A stretch of 64,000 bases of DNA, from assembly GCA_910583735.1 (NCBI GenBank), contig CAJTXS010000003.1, forward strand, positions 35,457-99,456, written 5' to 3'. The position numbers and the translations under genes are program-made. This DNA is from an uncultured Christensenella sp. Lineage in GTDB: Bacteria > Bacillota > Clostridia > Christensenellales > UBA3700. The notes under the pieces were generated by a model. It was given only the letters and a program-made list of their open reading frames with translations, had not been told where the DNA came from and ran no database searches. This document shows, piece after piece, positions 1 to 9,745 of this stretch (the first letter of the stretch is position 1; each line of letters starts with the position of its first letter).

Positions 1-21
1 ACTAATCGGCTGTAAGAAGTG

Positions 22-52
22 GGAGCGCGACCAAAGTGTCGCGCTCTTTACT
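22..52 (+). terminator. Rho-independent terminator-like hairpin, presumably ending a gene outside the window
   Basis: GC-rich inverted repeat GGAGCGCGAC / GTCGCGCTC with a 6-nt loop, followed by TTTACTT. Confidence 0.5.
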
Positions 53-561
53 TATAAATAAAAACCGCGCAACGGTATCACGATAGAATAATGTCAAACG
101 GAGAAAATCAATAGTCATCGCATTTTGCTTTACAGAGTAAAGAAATAACCGTACCTCGAAGAAAAACAAACGGAGCAAATGACAGACTTTTGTAAATATA
201 GACTAATTGTAATTAATCTACAGCTATACCTGCGGATAGATATTCTTTGATGTGCGAATCGGCGCTTTGCAGCGTTGCATTTCTTTTTTATCTGCCTTGC
301 CGCGCTCATATGCAGTCCGTTATCGACTTGAAACAAATTATATAATGTAAATAGAACAACACTGATAACTTTATATAAAATGTTTATACGGCAAAAGAAA
401 ATACTCAAGAATAAGGAATCAGATAAATTATCGTTTAGATGTATCAAGTGAATTTAATATCAATATTCCTTTGCCCTGTTTAACAGACTTACAGGCGGAA
501 CTGCGAAGCGGCGACTCATATTGCCTTGCTTAACGCAACATATATTTAGCAATAATTGAGA

Positions 562-1269
562 CTACTCGCCGCTTCTGTCCCTTAGCTGTCTGCGGCGCAT
601 GCGCCGCCAATTGATAAAGCCGTAAATATCGTTGAGCAAGAATGCGGAAAAGCATACTGTCATACATATAGCATTGCGGTCTATTCCCGCCTGTATCGAC
701 CACAAGACTATCAAGACAATATCGTTGACTGCGTATGCAGGCGCGTACAGCGGCGAGCGGCGCATAGACATAAATACCGCTATGAAACTCGTAGCTACAG
801 ACACGGTGCTCCATATAAGACTTGCCGTGCCGAGCGCGCGCAGGATAAAGTAAAAAGACGTAGTCACGCACGCGGCGAGCAACGTACACAATGCATAGTC
901 TTTTATCTTAAGCGAATTGACCTCGACCTCTCTGCGCTTGCCCTTGTGAGGATGGCGCAGCCAGGCGATTGCCGATATTATCGCCATGGGCGCGGTCATG
1001 CCGAGATAGGTAATCATCTCTCCGTAATATCCCGCGAAGTATGATACAGTCCCGTAGAGAACGGAGAATATGACTGTAAAAAGATGTCCCAAGACATCGC
1101 CTTTAGATACGAGGATAAGCGAAAATATGCCTATTAGGGACGCTGTCAACGATAAATAGTCTGTATTGCCGCACAGGAAGAAAGACAGAAGTACAGATAG
1201 CGTCGAGACTATTAATAACAGATACTCGACGATTGTGAATCCCTTGAAGAAATCTTTTATTGCGCGCAT
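562..1269 (-). CDS. pnuC: PnuC-family nicotinamide riboside/NMN transporter
   Basis: 235-aa multi-pass membrane ORF. C-terminal half has the PnuC-like pattern (AVNDIVLIVLW ... LLNDIYGFINW). RBS GGAGAT lies upstream of the ATG. Confidence 0.75.
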   Translation of the reverse strand: MRAIKDFFKGFTIVEYLLLIVSTLSVLLSFFLCGNTDYLSLTASLIGIFSLILVSKGDVLGHLFTVIFSVLYGTVSYFAGYYGEMITYLGMTAPMAIISAIAWLRHPHKGKRREVEVNSLKIKDYALCTLLAACVTTSFYFILRALGTASLIWSTVSVATSFIAVFMSMRRSPLYAPAYAVNDIVLIVLWSIQAGIDRNAICMTVCFSAFLLNDIYGFINWRRMRRRQLRDRSGE

Positions 1270-1281
1270 ATCTCCTCTACG

Positions 1282-1335
1282 AAAAAAGGTACCCGCTCTT
1301 GTGTCTGCAAAGATCTAACGACGCAAGCGAGTACC
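1282..1335 (-). terminator. Leader (attenuator-type) terminator between the pnuC promoter and the pnuC RBS
   Basis: On the minus strand, GGTACTCGCTTG pairs with CAAGAGCGGGTACC (about 12 bp with a 2-nt bulge and 22-nt loop), followed by TTTTTT about 13 nt before the ATG. An alternative 5-bp hairpin GUGCC-AUCG-GGUAC (1331-1344) sequesters the 5' arm. Confidence 0.55.
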
Positions 1336-1360
1336 CGATGGCACGATTATATTTTTAATT

Positions 1361-1389
1361 ATTATAAATCAAAGCGCAGCGTATGTCAA
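1361..1389 (-). promoter_or_regulatory. Sigma-70/SigA-type promoter for pnuC
   Basis: Minus strand reads TTGACA, a 17-nt spacer, then TATAAT. Both hexamers match the consensus exactly. Confidence 0.65.
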
Positions 1390-1399
1390 CGCCTTAAAC

Positions 1400-2839
1400 T
1401 TATTTCACGGCGGTAAAATATTGCGCCTCGGCAGTGAATTGCAGCGTTATGCTCTCGCCGCCGCGCTCGACGGTGACCGCTACGATATCGCCCTCTCTTA
1501 CATTAAGCAATGCGTCGCTAAGGGTGAAGACGCGATCTATAGTCACGACGTCCTCGTCAAGCGAGACGCTTAGCAGTATATCCCCTTCCGTCAGTTTGCC
1601 GTCCGCAGCGCCCGAGGCAGTCACACTTTTTACGGCTACGGTTTCTTTAATGCGTACGGTCTTAGAACTTTCGTCGTATACCGCTTTGGATTGAGACAGG
1701 GCGGTCTCTATGCCGAGTCTGAATACGGACGGAGCGGTCTCGGAAGTCCCGTCGCACGTATCTATTATGTTGTCCGCTACGCCTATAGCGATGTTGCTGG
1801 GGATAGCGTAGCCTATATTCTCTATTTCTTCGGAATTATATTTTGCATTGACGATGCCGATTAGCTCGCCCGAGGAGTCGAACAGTCCGCCGCCGCTGTT
1901 GCCCGAGTTGATTGCGGCGTCTACGCGCATCACGCGATAAGATTGTACGATATCGTCGTCCTTTACGCTTATGATCTCGCTATCGACGGACAGTATTCCC
2001 TCCGTAACGGATATGCCGCCGCCTGCGGCGTTGCCGATTGCGTTGACGCGCTCGCCTACCGTGATAGTCTGCGAATTTCGCACATTAACGGCGGCAGCAT
2101 CGCTGCCTTTCAATACCTCGCTGCCCTCTACCTTAAGCACGGCTATGTCGTAGGCGGAAGAACTGCCGATATACGTTGCTTCAATCGCGTAATCGGAATA
2201 CTCCTTTCCGTACAGATAGACCTTGATATTGGCGCTGATGCCGTCCGGCTCGTCGGCGGCGGAGTAATGTATCACGTGGTGATTGGTGATTATATATGCA
2301 TTGCCGAGGCTCTTGTCCAGCTTATATATTACGCCCGAGCCGTTAGATACAGCCGTCTTGACCGTCGGACCGTAGTAGCCCTGCGTCGTCACTTGGAATT
2401 GAGCGGATATGCTTACCGACGACATAAGCCCTTGGGACACGCCGTAGCAATCACTTTTTACTTGATTATTGAGGAATTCTTTAATAAATGTAAGGAAGTC
2501 GCCTTGATATCCGTTCTCTACGGCGGTGTCATAGACGTCTTGAATGCTGAGCGATGCGCCGTCTCTGCCGCGCTCGCCCTTGAGCGAAGCGAGCCACTCG
2601 TTGAGCGTGCCCTCGTATCCTTGGCTCACCGCCAGCTTATACGCGGACAGCCCATCCTCTCCCGACATGCCGTTAAGACTGTCAAGCCAATCGGACATCG
2701 AGCCCTCGAAGCCCTCTTGCAGGGCAAGCTCGTAAGCGGACAGCCCGTCGTCGCCTGACAAGTTGCATGCGAATAGGCATGTTGACATAATTGCAACGAC
2801 GGCGAGTATAAGAAGTATTAATAGTCCTTTCTTTTTCAT
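1400..2839 (-). CDS. HtrA/DegP-like S1C trypsin-fold serine protease lipoprotein with PDZ-like C-terminus
   Basis: 479 aa. Signal peptide with lipobox-like LFAC. Catalytic motifs ITNHHVI (His), DIAVLKV (Asp) and GNSGGGLF (Ser). N-terminal tandem DGLSAY(E/K)LA...EG...WL.SL.G repeats. Confidence 0.85.
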   Translation of the reverse strand: MKKKGLLILLILAVVAIMSTCLFACNLSGDDGLSAYELALQEGFEGSMSDWLDSLNGMSGEDGLSAYKLAVSQGYEGTLNEWLASLKGERGRDGASLSIQDVYDTAVENGYQGDFLTFIKEFLNNQVKSDCYGVSQGLMSSVSISAQFQVTTQGYYGPTVKTAVSNGSGVIYKLDKSLGNAYIITNHHVIHYSAADEPDGISANIKVYLYGKEYSDYAIEATYIGSSSAYDIAVLKVEGSEVLKGSDAAAVNVRNSQTITVGERVNAIGNAAGGGISVTEGILSVDSEIISVKDDDIVQSYRVMRVDAAINSGNSGGGLFDSSGELIGIVNAKYNSEEIENIGYAIPSNIAIGVADNIIDTCDGTSETAPSVFRLGIETALSQSKAVYDESSKTVRIKETVAVKSVTASGAADGKLTEGDILLSVSLDEDVVTIDRVFTLSDALLNVREGDIVAVTVERGGESITLQFTAEAQYFTAVK

Positions 2840-3516
2840 GGCGCTCTCACAGATTAAAGTTATTATTAGTTAAATTATAATATATAATCGGTCTATTCTA
2901 ATTCAAAATAAGGTAAAATTTGGATTTATTTAATGAAAAATAGTCGCGCACCGACTTTTATCCGGAAGCGGAAAGGTTTCAGAGCTACAGCGAGGAGCAA
3001 ATAACTATCTGCTCGGAACATGTAATAGTCATGGAAAATAATAAAATATAGCGGTAAGCGAAGATGCTAAATCTATCAAAAATGTACATGCAGACAAAAT
3101 AATATCAACTTAGGCAATTAGTATAATCCCGTTGTAATAATAGCAAAGCTATAGGATAGATATGACTGTTAGAACATTGCAGAATAAAATCAATGTCATA
3201 ATCGGCTTAATTTGCGCTTCGATAAAGTATGAACCGTGATTACAAGTCGGCTTATACCCGCAATAGCGATATACAACATAATCCGGCACGTAGACTGCAA
3301 TTACAGCCAATGGGCGACTTGTACTATATAGATAGAGGCGCTAACGTGGCGGCGCCGTCAATAATATGATAAATTTGCAAGAAAGTATGCTCCGCACTGA
3401 CGATGTCGTTGCGTTATTGCATGTCAATACATTCGACGGCGGTCTTGATCGAAAATATGCGCTAAGCATGCCGCGACAAGATTAGGCGACATGCCCTGCG
3501 CTGTTGATATCGAGCT

Positions 3517-3828
3517 TCAGCACTCTTCCCAATGCTTGACTAAGCTGATAATTCTGCGCCTGTCGTGTCCGTCGAGATTGTGCAGAAAGCTGTCGATTTC
3601 TCGGCGGTGAATGACGCTCTTCTCTACGCAGTCGTTATAGCCGAACAGGTAAGATACGGGGACTTCGAGGAAGTCGCTTATCTTTTTGAGCGTGGCGCCG
3701 TCGGGAGTGCACTGACCGGATTCCCACTTAGACAGTGCGCTTTGAGATACATTTGCAAGCGCGACGATATCGGGCTGCGAATACCCGAGCGCGCGTCTAT
3801 ATTCGTAAAGGGGATTTAAGAATTTCAT
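3517..3828 (-). CDS. XRE-family helix-turn-helix transcriptional regulator
   Basis: 103 aa. The N-terminal segment LGYSQPDIVALANVSQSALSKWESGQCTPDGATLKKISDFLEVPVSYLFG is a typical HTH_3/XRE pattern. Confidence 0.8.
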   Translation of the reverse strand: MKFLNPLYEYRRALGYSQPDIVALANVSQSALSKWESGQCTPDGATLKKISDFLEVPVSYLFGYNDCVEKSVIHRREIDSFLHNLDGHDRRRIISLVKHWEEC

Positions 3829-4447
3829 TTACTAAATTATAGCAAAAATAGTGCTAAAACGCAACTGATTTTATAAATTAATTTTGAATTTTATTCAAAA
3901 TTAAAATTTTAATATATAATATAATAATTATGGATTAATTTGCACTTAAATTGTGCCCATCGAAAATATTGAAAGTAAAAATCCGGACGGGAAATGATTA
4001 TATTTGCAGTGTCAATCTAACCCCTCGACAGCTATTGCGAAAGTTATCGATAAGTTATTGTTATTAAAAATCAGCTGTGTACACATACTTTTTTTGCGCC
4101 GTCTGCGCGGCGGTAAAACGTATCGCCTGTCTAAGCCGTTTTTACAAATGCGCTTGCGCCGTATTGCTATCGCTTTTACACTCGATAGCGATAAGGATAA
4201 TCAACCTTACAATCATTTTCGCTTTTTACATTATTTTTCTCTATTTAATCAAATATCGGTCGCTCTCGCCTTTCCTACGGCAAGCAAGATTACGAAAATA
4301 CGCGCCGAAACAGAGCGTATACGGCATGTCGATTAAGACAGATTGTTTATTAATACGCAATCTATCGCGGCTATAGCAAATAAATGGCAATTAATGTAGT
4401 GGTATTATGGTTGAAATTTATCCGATTATCTCTTATAATTAAGAGGT
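3829..4447. other. AT-rich region upstream of dnaA; candidate oriC half/DUE (weak)
   Basis: Nearly pure A/T tract around 3870-3935, including a perfect 10-bp inverted repeat AATTTTGAAT-TTT-ATTCAAAATT (3880-3902). Its position directly upstream of dnaA fits an origin. No clear TTATCCACA DnaA boxes are seen; best matches have 1-2 mismatches. Confidence 0.3.
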
Positions 4448-5809
4448 ATGGAAAACAGAGACGTCAATCTCCTGTGGGAGTCCGTCAAGGCAGACTTAGC
4501 GCCCAAGATATCCACGATAGCGTATCAGGTATGGGTGTCGGGGGCTACGCCTTTACGAATCTACAATAATAAGCTGGTGCTCAGCGTGGAGCTGCGCAAG
4601 ACAAAGATCCAGCTCGATACTGTATTCAGGGATAAGATAGTCGACTGTATACGCAAGAACAGCGATTTTGTAGACGACTTCATCGTCATTACGCCCGACG
4701 ACGCGGCGGAATACGGCGAAGAGACCAAGAGCAACTTGCTCGCAGACATCGACACGGCGGCGGAAGAAGATACCAGCACGAAGTTTAAGGCGGGATTTAC
4801 TTTCGACAATTTCGTCGTAGGCGACAGCAATCAGCTCGTGTTTGCCGCGGCTAAAGCGGTGGCGGAGGCTCCCGGCAAGAGACACAATCCTCTCTTTATC
4901 TACGGCGGCGTGGGTCTGGGCAAGACGCATATTATGCACGCTATCGGCAATTACATAACCGCCGAGCGTCCCAATCTCAAGGTGAGATACGCGGCGGCGG
5001 AGACGTTTACCAACGACTATATAGACAGTATCCGCACCAATAAAGATTCCGAACTCAACAGGAAGTTCCGCGACAACTATCGCAACGTCGACGTGCTCAT
5101 GCTCGACGATATTCAATTCATCGCCAACAAGCCGGGCACGCAGGAAGCGCTCTTCCACACATTCAACTACCTAATTCAGAACGAGAAACAGATAGTATTC
5201 TCCAGCGACCGTCCGCCCTCAATGCTCAACAATATCGAGGAGAGACTGACGTCGCGCTTTGCCTCGGGCATTACGGTGGATATAGCGGCTCCCGGTCTGG
5301 AGACGAGGATAGCCATCGTGCAGAAAAAGGCTTATTCCAAGCGTTTCCATATCTCCGCAGAGTGCATGTACTACCTCGCGGAGAAGATTGACTCCAATAT
5401 CAGAGAGCTGGAAGGCGCGCTGTATAAGGTGATATTCTATTGCGAGCTTAAGCGCGTCACCGCAGACAGCATAGAAGTAATCAGAGAGGCTCTGCACGAC
5501 GAGATTAACGAGGTCAAGGCGCTCAATTACAGCGACATCCTCAATGCTTGCGCGGAGTATTACGGCGTGGGAAGAGCGGAGATAGTGGGCTCTAAGAAGA
5601 ACAAGCAGATAGTTACCGCAAGACAGATGGCGATATATCTGATATACGATATCCTCGGACTGCCGCTGGCAACTATCGGCACCTACATAGGCGGCAGAGA
5701 CCATACCACAATCATACACGCAAGAGACAAGATAGAAAAGCAGCGTAAAGACGATCCCATCGTCGACAGGCAGATACAAGATATCAGAGCCAAGCTGGGC
5801 AAGGCATAA
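4448..5809 (+). CDS. dnaA: Chromosomal replication initiator protein DnaA
   Basis: 453 aa. Walker A GGVGLGKTHIMHAIGN, AAA+ core (VLMLDDIQF) and a C-terminal DNA-binding domain (ARQMAIYL...GGRDHTTIIHARDKI). Confidence 0.97.
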   Translation: MENRDVNLLWESVKADLAPKISTIAYQVWVSGATPLRIYNNKLVLSVELRKTKIQLDTVFRDKIVDCIRKNSDFVDDFIVITPDDAAEYGEETKSNLLADIDTAAEEDTSTKFKAGFTFDNFVVGDSNQLVFAAAKAVAEAPGKRHNPLFIYGGVGLGKTHIMHAIGNYITAERPNLKVRYAAAETFTNDYIDSIRTNKDSELNRKFRDNYRNVDVLMLDDIQFIANKPGTQEALFHTFNYLIQNEKQIVFSSDRPPSMLNNIEERLTSRFASGITVDIAAPGLETRIAIVQKKAYSKRFHISAECMYYLAEKIDSNIRELEGALYKVIFYCELKRVTADSIEVIREALHDEINEVKALNYSDILNACAEYYGVGRAEIVGSKKNKQIVTARQMAIYLIYDILGLPLATIGTYIGGRDHTTIIHARDKIEKQRKDDPIVDRQIQDIRAKLGKA

Positions 5810-5904
5810 CGCGGCGTTAAGCGTAAACGGAACTACCCTATAGAGGTAGCAAGATTAAGAATAACAGGCCCCGATAATCGATTGCGGGCTTAAGGAGATA
5901 TGAA

Positions 5905-6765
5905 ATGGCCAACAACTCAAGCGATGTGTTCAAGCTTAAAGACGCCAAATCTTACGACGAGAGCGGAGCGCTTAATGCGGGCGTGGAAGAGATAGAGACA
6001 GCTCTTATCGACACCAATCCCAATCAGCCGCGTAAGAATTTCGATAAAGACGCGTTGGCGGAGCTGGCCAAGTCAATATCGCAACACGGAGTAATTCAGC
6101 CTATAATAGTGGCGCCCAAGGGCGGCAGATACGAGATAATCGCGGGCGAGCGCAGATACAGAGCGACGCAACAGGCGGGACTCGGCAAGATTCCCGCGAT
6201 AGTGCGCGATTATAACGATATGGAGCGCAAAGAGATAGCCCTTATCGAGAACTTGCAGAGAGAGGACCTCAACCCCATAGAAGAGGCTATGGCGTACAAG
6301 ACGCTGATGGGACAGTACAACCTCACGCAGGAAGAGCTTGCCAACAAGCTGGGCAAAGGCAGACCTACCGTTGCCAACAGCTTGAGACTGCTCCACCTTG
6401 CCCCCGCGGTACAGGAGATGCTGGTGAGCGGAAGACTTACGGCGGGACATGCCCGCGCGCTTGTTATTATCAAGGACCCCGCGGTGCAAGTGAGCTACGC
6501 CATGGCGGCGAAGGACAAGCAGCTGAGCGTGAGACAGCTGGAGTTCATGGTCCAGAAGTACGTCAATCCCGAGAAGAAAAAGAAGGCGCCCCGCACTCCC
6601 CTTGCAGCCGAGCTGAAAGGACTGGTCAACGATATGCAAAGAGTGTTCGCAACTAAGGTCAAGGCTGTAGGCAGCAACGACAAGGGCAGAATATTCATCG
6701 ATTATTATACCAAGGACGACTTGCAGAGGATATTCGAGCTCATAGAAGTGCTTAAAGAGAGATAA
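5905..6765 (+). CDS. parB: ParB/Spo0J-family partition protein (Noc cannot be excluded)
   Basis: 286 aa. ParB box motifs NPNQPRKNF and IIAGERRYRA plus an HTH segment (LTQEELANKLGKGRPTVANSLRLL). Good RBS AAGGAGA. Confidence 0.85.
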   Translation: MANNSSDVFKLKDAKSYDESGALNAGVEEIETALIDTNPNQPRKNFDKDALAELAKSISQHGVIQPIIVAPKGGRYEIIAGERRYRATQQAGLGKIPAIVRDYNDMERKEIALIENLQREDLNPIEEAMAYKTLMGQYNLTQEELANKLGKGRPTVANSLRLLHLAPAVQEMLVSGRLTAGHARALVIIKDPAVQVSYAMAAKDKQLSVRQLEFMVQKYVNPEKKKKAPRTPLAAELKGLVNDMQRVFATKVKAVGSNDKGRIFIDYYTKDDLQRIFELIEVLKER

Positions 6766-6935
6766 TTTAATTCGGACGCAATCGCTCTCCCCGCGCATCA
6801 AGATATCCGTCGGCATACTGAGGATATACATAATCGGGCGATAGCAAATAACTGCGCCGAGCGAGACGGCGGCATTAATGTCGACGGAAGTAAAGGGGCT
6901 CGGCAACATAATTGTCTTATTAAAGGTAATATAGA

Positions 6936-8291
6936 TTGAGTAAGATAGAAGCATGGCAAAGGCTGGATAATTCCGCCATAATATTCCCGGTGATGGTCAC
7001 CAAGCGGAGACAGAACAACTTCCGCATGCAGATTACGCTGGAAGAGAATGTGGACAAGGCTGTGCTTAGCGGCGCGGTGTCCACGGCGCTTGCGCGCTAT
7101 CCTCAGTTCAACGTATCGCTTGTAAGCGGCGCAATATGGCATTACTTTATCCGCAATGACCGTCCCGTGACGGTCACCGACGCGGAGGATACTCTCATGG
7201 CTCCTCTGCCCATATTCGGCAAGGACAGGCGCCCTTTCCGCTTCAGCGTGTCGGGCAACAAGATATATGCGGATTTCTTCCATGCGCTGGGCGACGGCAC
7301 GGGAATAATGGAATTCCTTAAGACGGTACTTTACGCATACATCACCGCGACAGGCAAGGACCTCGGAGACGTAAGCGACAAGGTGTTGCTGCCATCGTCC
7401 CAAGTCGACCCCGAGGAGTACGAGGACGGCTTTGTCAAGTACTATAAGCCGACTAAGCTAAAGGACCTTGCCATATCGCAGATGAAGGGACACAAGGCGT
7501 TTCTTATAGAGGGCGAGGCGATTGAGGATAACGGCAAGGGATATTCGCAATACGTGTTGGACTCTAAGTCTGTAATAGATCTGTGCCACGCCAAGGGCTG
7601 CACCGTTACGGAGTATCTCGGCGGCGTATTCGCAATGGCGATATACGATGCGTATATCAGAGGCAAGGGGCTTAAGCGCAGACAGCTTAAGGACATTCAG
7701 CTCTTCTTGCCTATCAATCTGCGTAGGCAGTTCCCCTCGCGCACGCTCAAGAATTTCTCGCTCTTCTCGCGAGTAGGCTTCGGCACTAAAGAGGAGCTTA
7801 CGCTCGACAAGTGCATAAGCATCATTCACGAGTCGCTGATAAGAGACACGCAAAAGGACTTGCTGCATAAGAAGATAATCACCATCTCCCGCGCGCAGAA
7901 CCTTAAGGTAATGAAGATTATACCGCTGTGCCTTAAGAAGGCTATAATAAGATTCAGCAATATATTCTTCGGCAGAGCCAAGAAGACGGCGACATTCTCC
8001 AACGTGGGAATTACGAAACTGCCCGAGAGCATGCGTCCTTACGTGAGGAATATGCAGTACAGCATATGGCCGAGCGGCACGGCTACTTACAGTATGGTCG
8101 CCAATTCCGTATGGGACGTACTCAATGTATCGCTGGTAAAATCAATACAGGATAGCAAGATAGAAGAGCAATTCGAGAAGCAGCTGGAGAAGGACGGGCT
8201 GTCCTTTACCGTAAGCCGTTCCGTATGGGCGGGCGCGGAGAGAAAGGCGGTCAAGGCGCGCTCTGCTGCGGTGAGCGAAAGCAATATTTAA
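6936..8291 (+). CDS. HxxxD-motif acyltransferase (condensation-domain / alcohol-acetyltransferase-like)
   Basis: 451 aa. The motif FFHALGDGTG (HxxxDG) sits at the usual position of condensation/WS-DGAT-type acyltransferases. Predicted start is TTG, so the start is uncertain. Confidence 0.6.
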   Translation: MSKIEAWQRLDNSAIIFPVMVTKRRQNNFRMQITLEENVDKAVLSGAVSTALARYPQFNVSLVSGAIWHYFIRNDRPVTVTDAEDTLMAPLPIFGKDRRPFRFSVSGNKIYADFFHALGDGTGIMEFLKTVLYAYITATGKDLGDVSDKVLLPSSQVDPEEYEDGFVKYYKPTKLKDLAISQMKGHKAFLIEGEAIEDNGKGYSQYVLDSKSVIDLCHAKGCTVTEYLGGVFAMAIYDAYIRGKGLKRRQLKDIQLFLPINLRRQFPSRTLKNFSLFSRVGFGTKEELTLDKCISIIHESLIRDTQKDLLHKKIITISRAQNLKVMKIIPLCLKKAIIRFSNIFFGRAKKTATFSNVGITKLPESMRPYVRNMQYSIWPSGTATYSMVANSVWDVLNVSLVKSIQDSKIEEQFEKQLEKDGLSFTVSRSVWAGAERKAVKARSAAVSESNI

Positions 8292-8313
8292 TCATATTAT
8301 CGGAGGATAGTAT

Positions 8314-9276
8314 ATGTATTACATAGGCATAGATGTGGGCGGCATGAGCATTAAAGGCGGTCTCACGGACGGAGACGGCAAGCTGCTGTATACCGACACG
8401 GTAGTCACTGCGGGAGCATATACCGAGGAGCACACCATAAGCGAAGATATTCATAAACTTACCGCAAAACTCATAGAGGGCGCGGGTATCGATGAGAAGG
8501 AGCTGAAAGGCATAGGTATAGGACAGGCGGGCTCGATAGACTCCGAGCGCGGCATAATAAGATACTGGAACAATATCCCTATGGAGAACGTACATGTGCG
8601 CGAAGAGATGGCTAAGTATCACAAGGCGCCTGTATTCATCGACAACGACGCCAATGTCGCGGCGCTCGGAGAATATCGCTTCGGCAGCGGCAAGGGCTAT
8701 GACAATCTGATATTCGTCACTCTCGGCACGGGCGTGGGCAGCGGCATAATAATCGACGGCAAGATATTCAGAGGCGTAGAGGGCGCGGGCGCTGAAGCGG
8801 GCCATATGGTTATCATGGCGGGCGGCGAGCGCTGCAACTGCGGCAGGAGAGGCTGCTGGGAAGCATACGCATCCGCAAGCGCGCTTATAAGGCAGACTAA
8901 GGCTGCGATAGCAGCGCATCCCGAGTCGGCGATGGCTCGCATTGCCGAGGAAGCGGGCGAGGTCAACGGCATTACCGCGTTTAAGGCGGCTAAAGAAGGC
9001 GACGAGGCGGCTAAAGCAGTGGTGGATAAATACATAGATTACGTGGGCGAAGGCTTGGTAAGCCTTGCCAACATATTCCGTCCCAGAGCCTTTCTCATAG
9101 GAGGCGGCATATCCAAAGAGGGCGAGTATCTTACCGCTCCTCTTCAGCATAAACTCGACACGGAGAACTTCGGGAGCAAATTCAATCCCGAGGTCGTCGT
9201 AAAGCCCGCAATATTGCGCAACGATGCGGGAATACTCGGCGCGGTTGCATTGGCAATGCAAGGCACCGACAATTAA
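8314..9276 (+). CDS. glcK: ROK-family glucokinase
   Basis: 320 aa. N-terminal IGIDVGGMSIKGG ATP-binding motif. ROK zinc motif GHMVIMAGGERCNCGRRGCWEAYAS. RBS GGAGGA. Confidence 0.85.
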   Translation: MYYIGIDVGGMSIKGGLTDGDGKLLYTDTVVTAGAYTEEHTISEDIHKLTAKLIEGAGIDEKELKGIGIGQAGSIDSERGIIRYWNNIPMENVHVREEMAKYHKAPVFIDNDANVAALGEYRFGSGKGYDNLIFVTLGTGVGSGIIIDGKIFRGVEGAGAEAGHMVIMAGGERCNCGRRGCWEAYASASALIRQTKAAIAAHPESAMARIAEEAGEVNGITAFKAAKEGDEAAKAVVDKYIDYVGEGLVSLANIFRPRAFLIGGGISKEGEYLTAPLQHKLDTENFGSKFNPEVVVKPAILRNDAGILGAVALAMQGTDN

Positions 9277-9322
9277 CGGCTATAAATAGTATGGGAGTTA
9301 TTATATATACTATTTCAGCGTA

Positions 9323-9347
9323 GGGGGAGTCATATGACTCCCCCTTT
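9323..9347 (+). terminator. Rho-independent terminator after the glucokinase gene
   Basis: GGGGGAGTCA-TA-TGACTCCCCC perfect stem followed by TTT. Confidence 0.6.
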
Positions 9348-9745
9348 GGGTAAGATAATCTTTACGCGCAATCTTACGTTAAGAGAAACATAATAAAATT
9401 ATTATAGGCATATGCGTTAAACGTTTTGACTTAGCCGTACCCTAATTAATACTCGGCGTAATGATTCTACGTCTTACTCTTTTTTATATAATTAAATTAT
9501 TTCAGATGCTCGGGAAAAAACTATTAAATAATCGTTATCTGTATGTAAGTAAAACTAAATCGATGCGGAATGCGAAACTTTCTCATATAAATCTATCTAT
9601 CGATACGCGCTTAAATTGCGCTGCTCCAACCCTTCCGCTATAATATCTTTATCTAAGTTTTATTTAAGAATTTAATATATTTTTATTTTGTTATAGGCAA
9701 TTATATATAAGACATTTCGCTGCGATGCTCGGCATATAATTTACT

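Noticed and set aside
130-447. A 105-aa minus-strand ORF in the AT-rich region downstream of pnuC
   Set aside because: The translation is low-complexity and Ile/Phe/Leu/Ser-rich, with no RBS and AT-rich noncoding-like composition. It is likely spurious.
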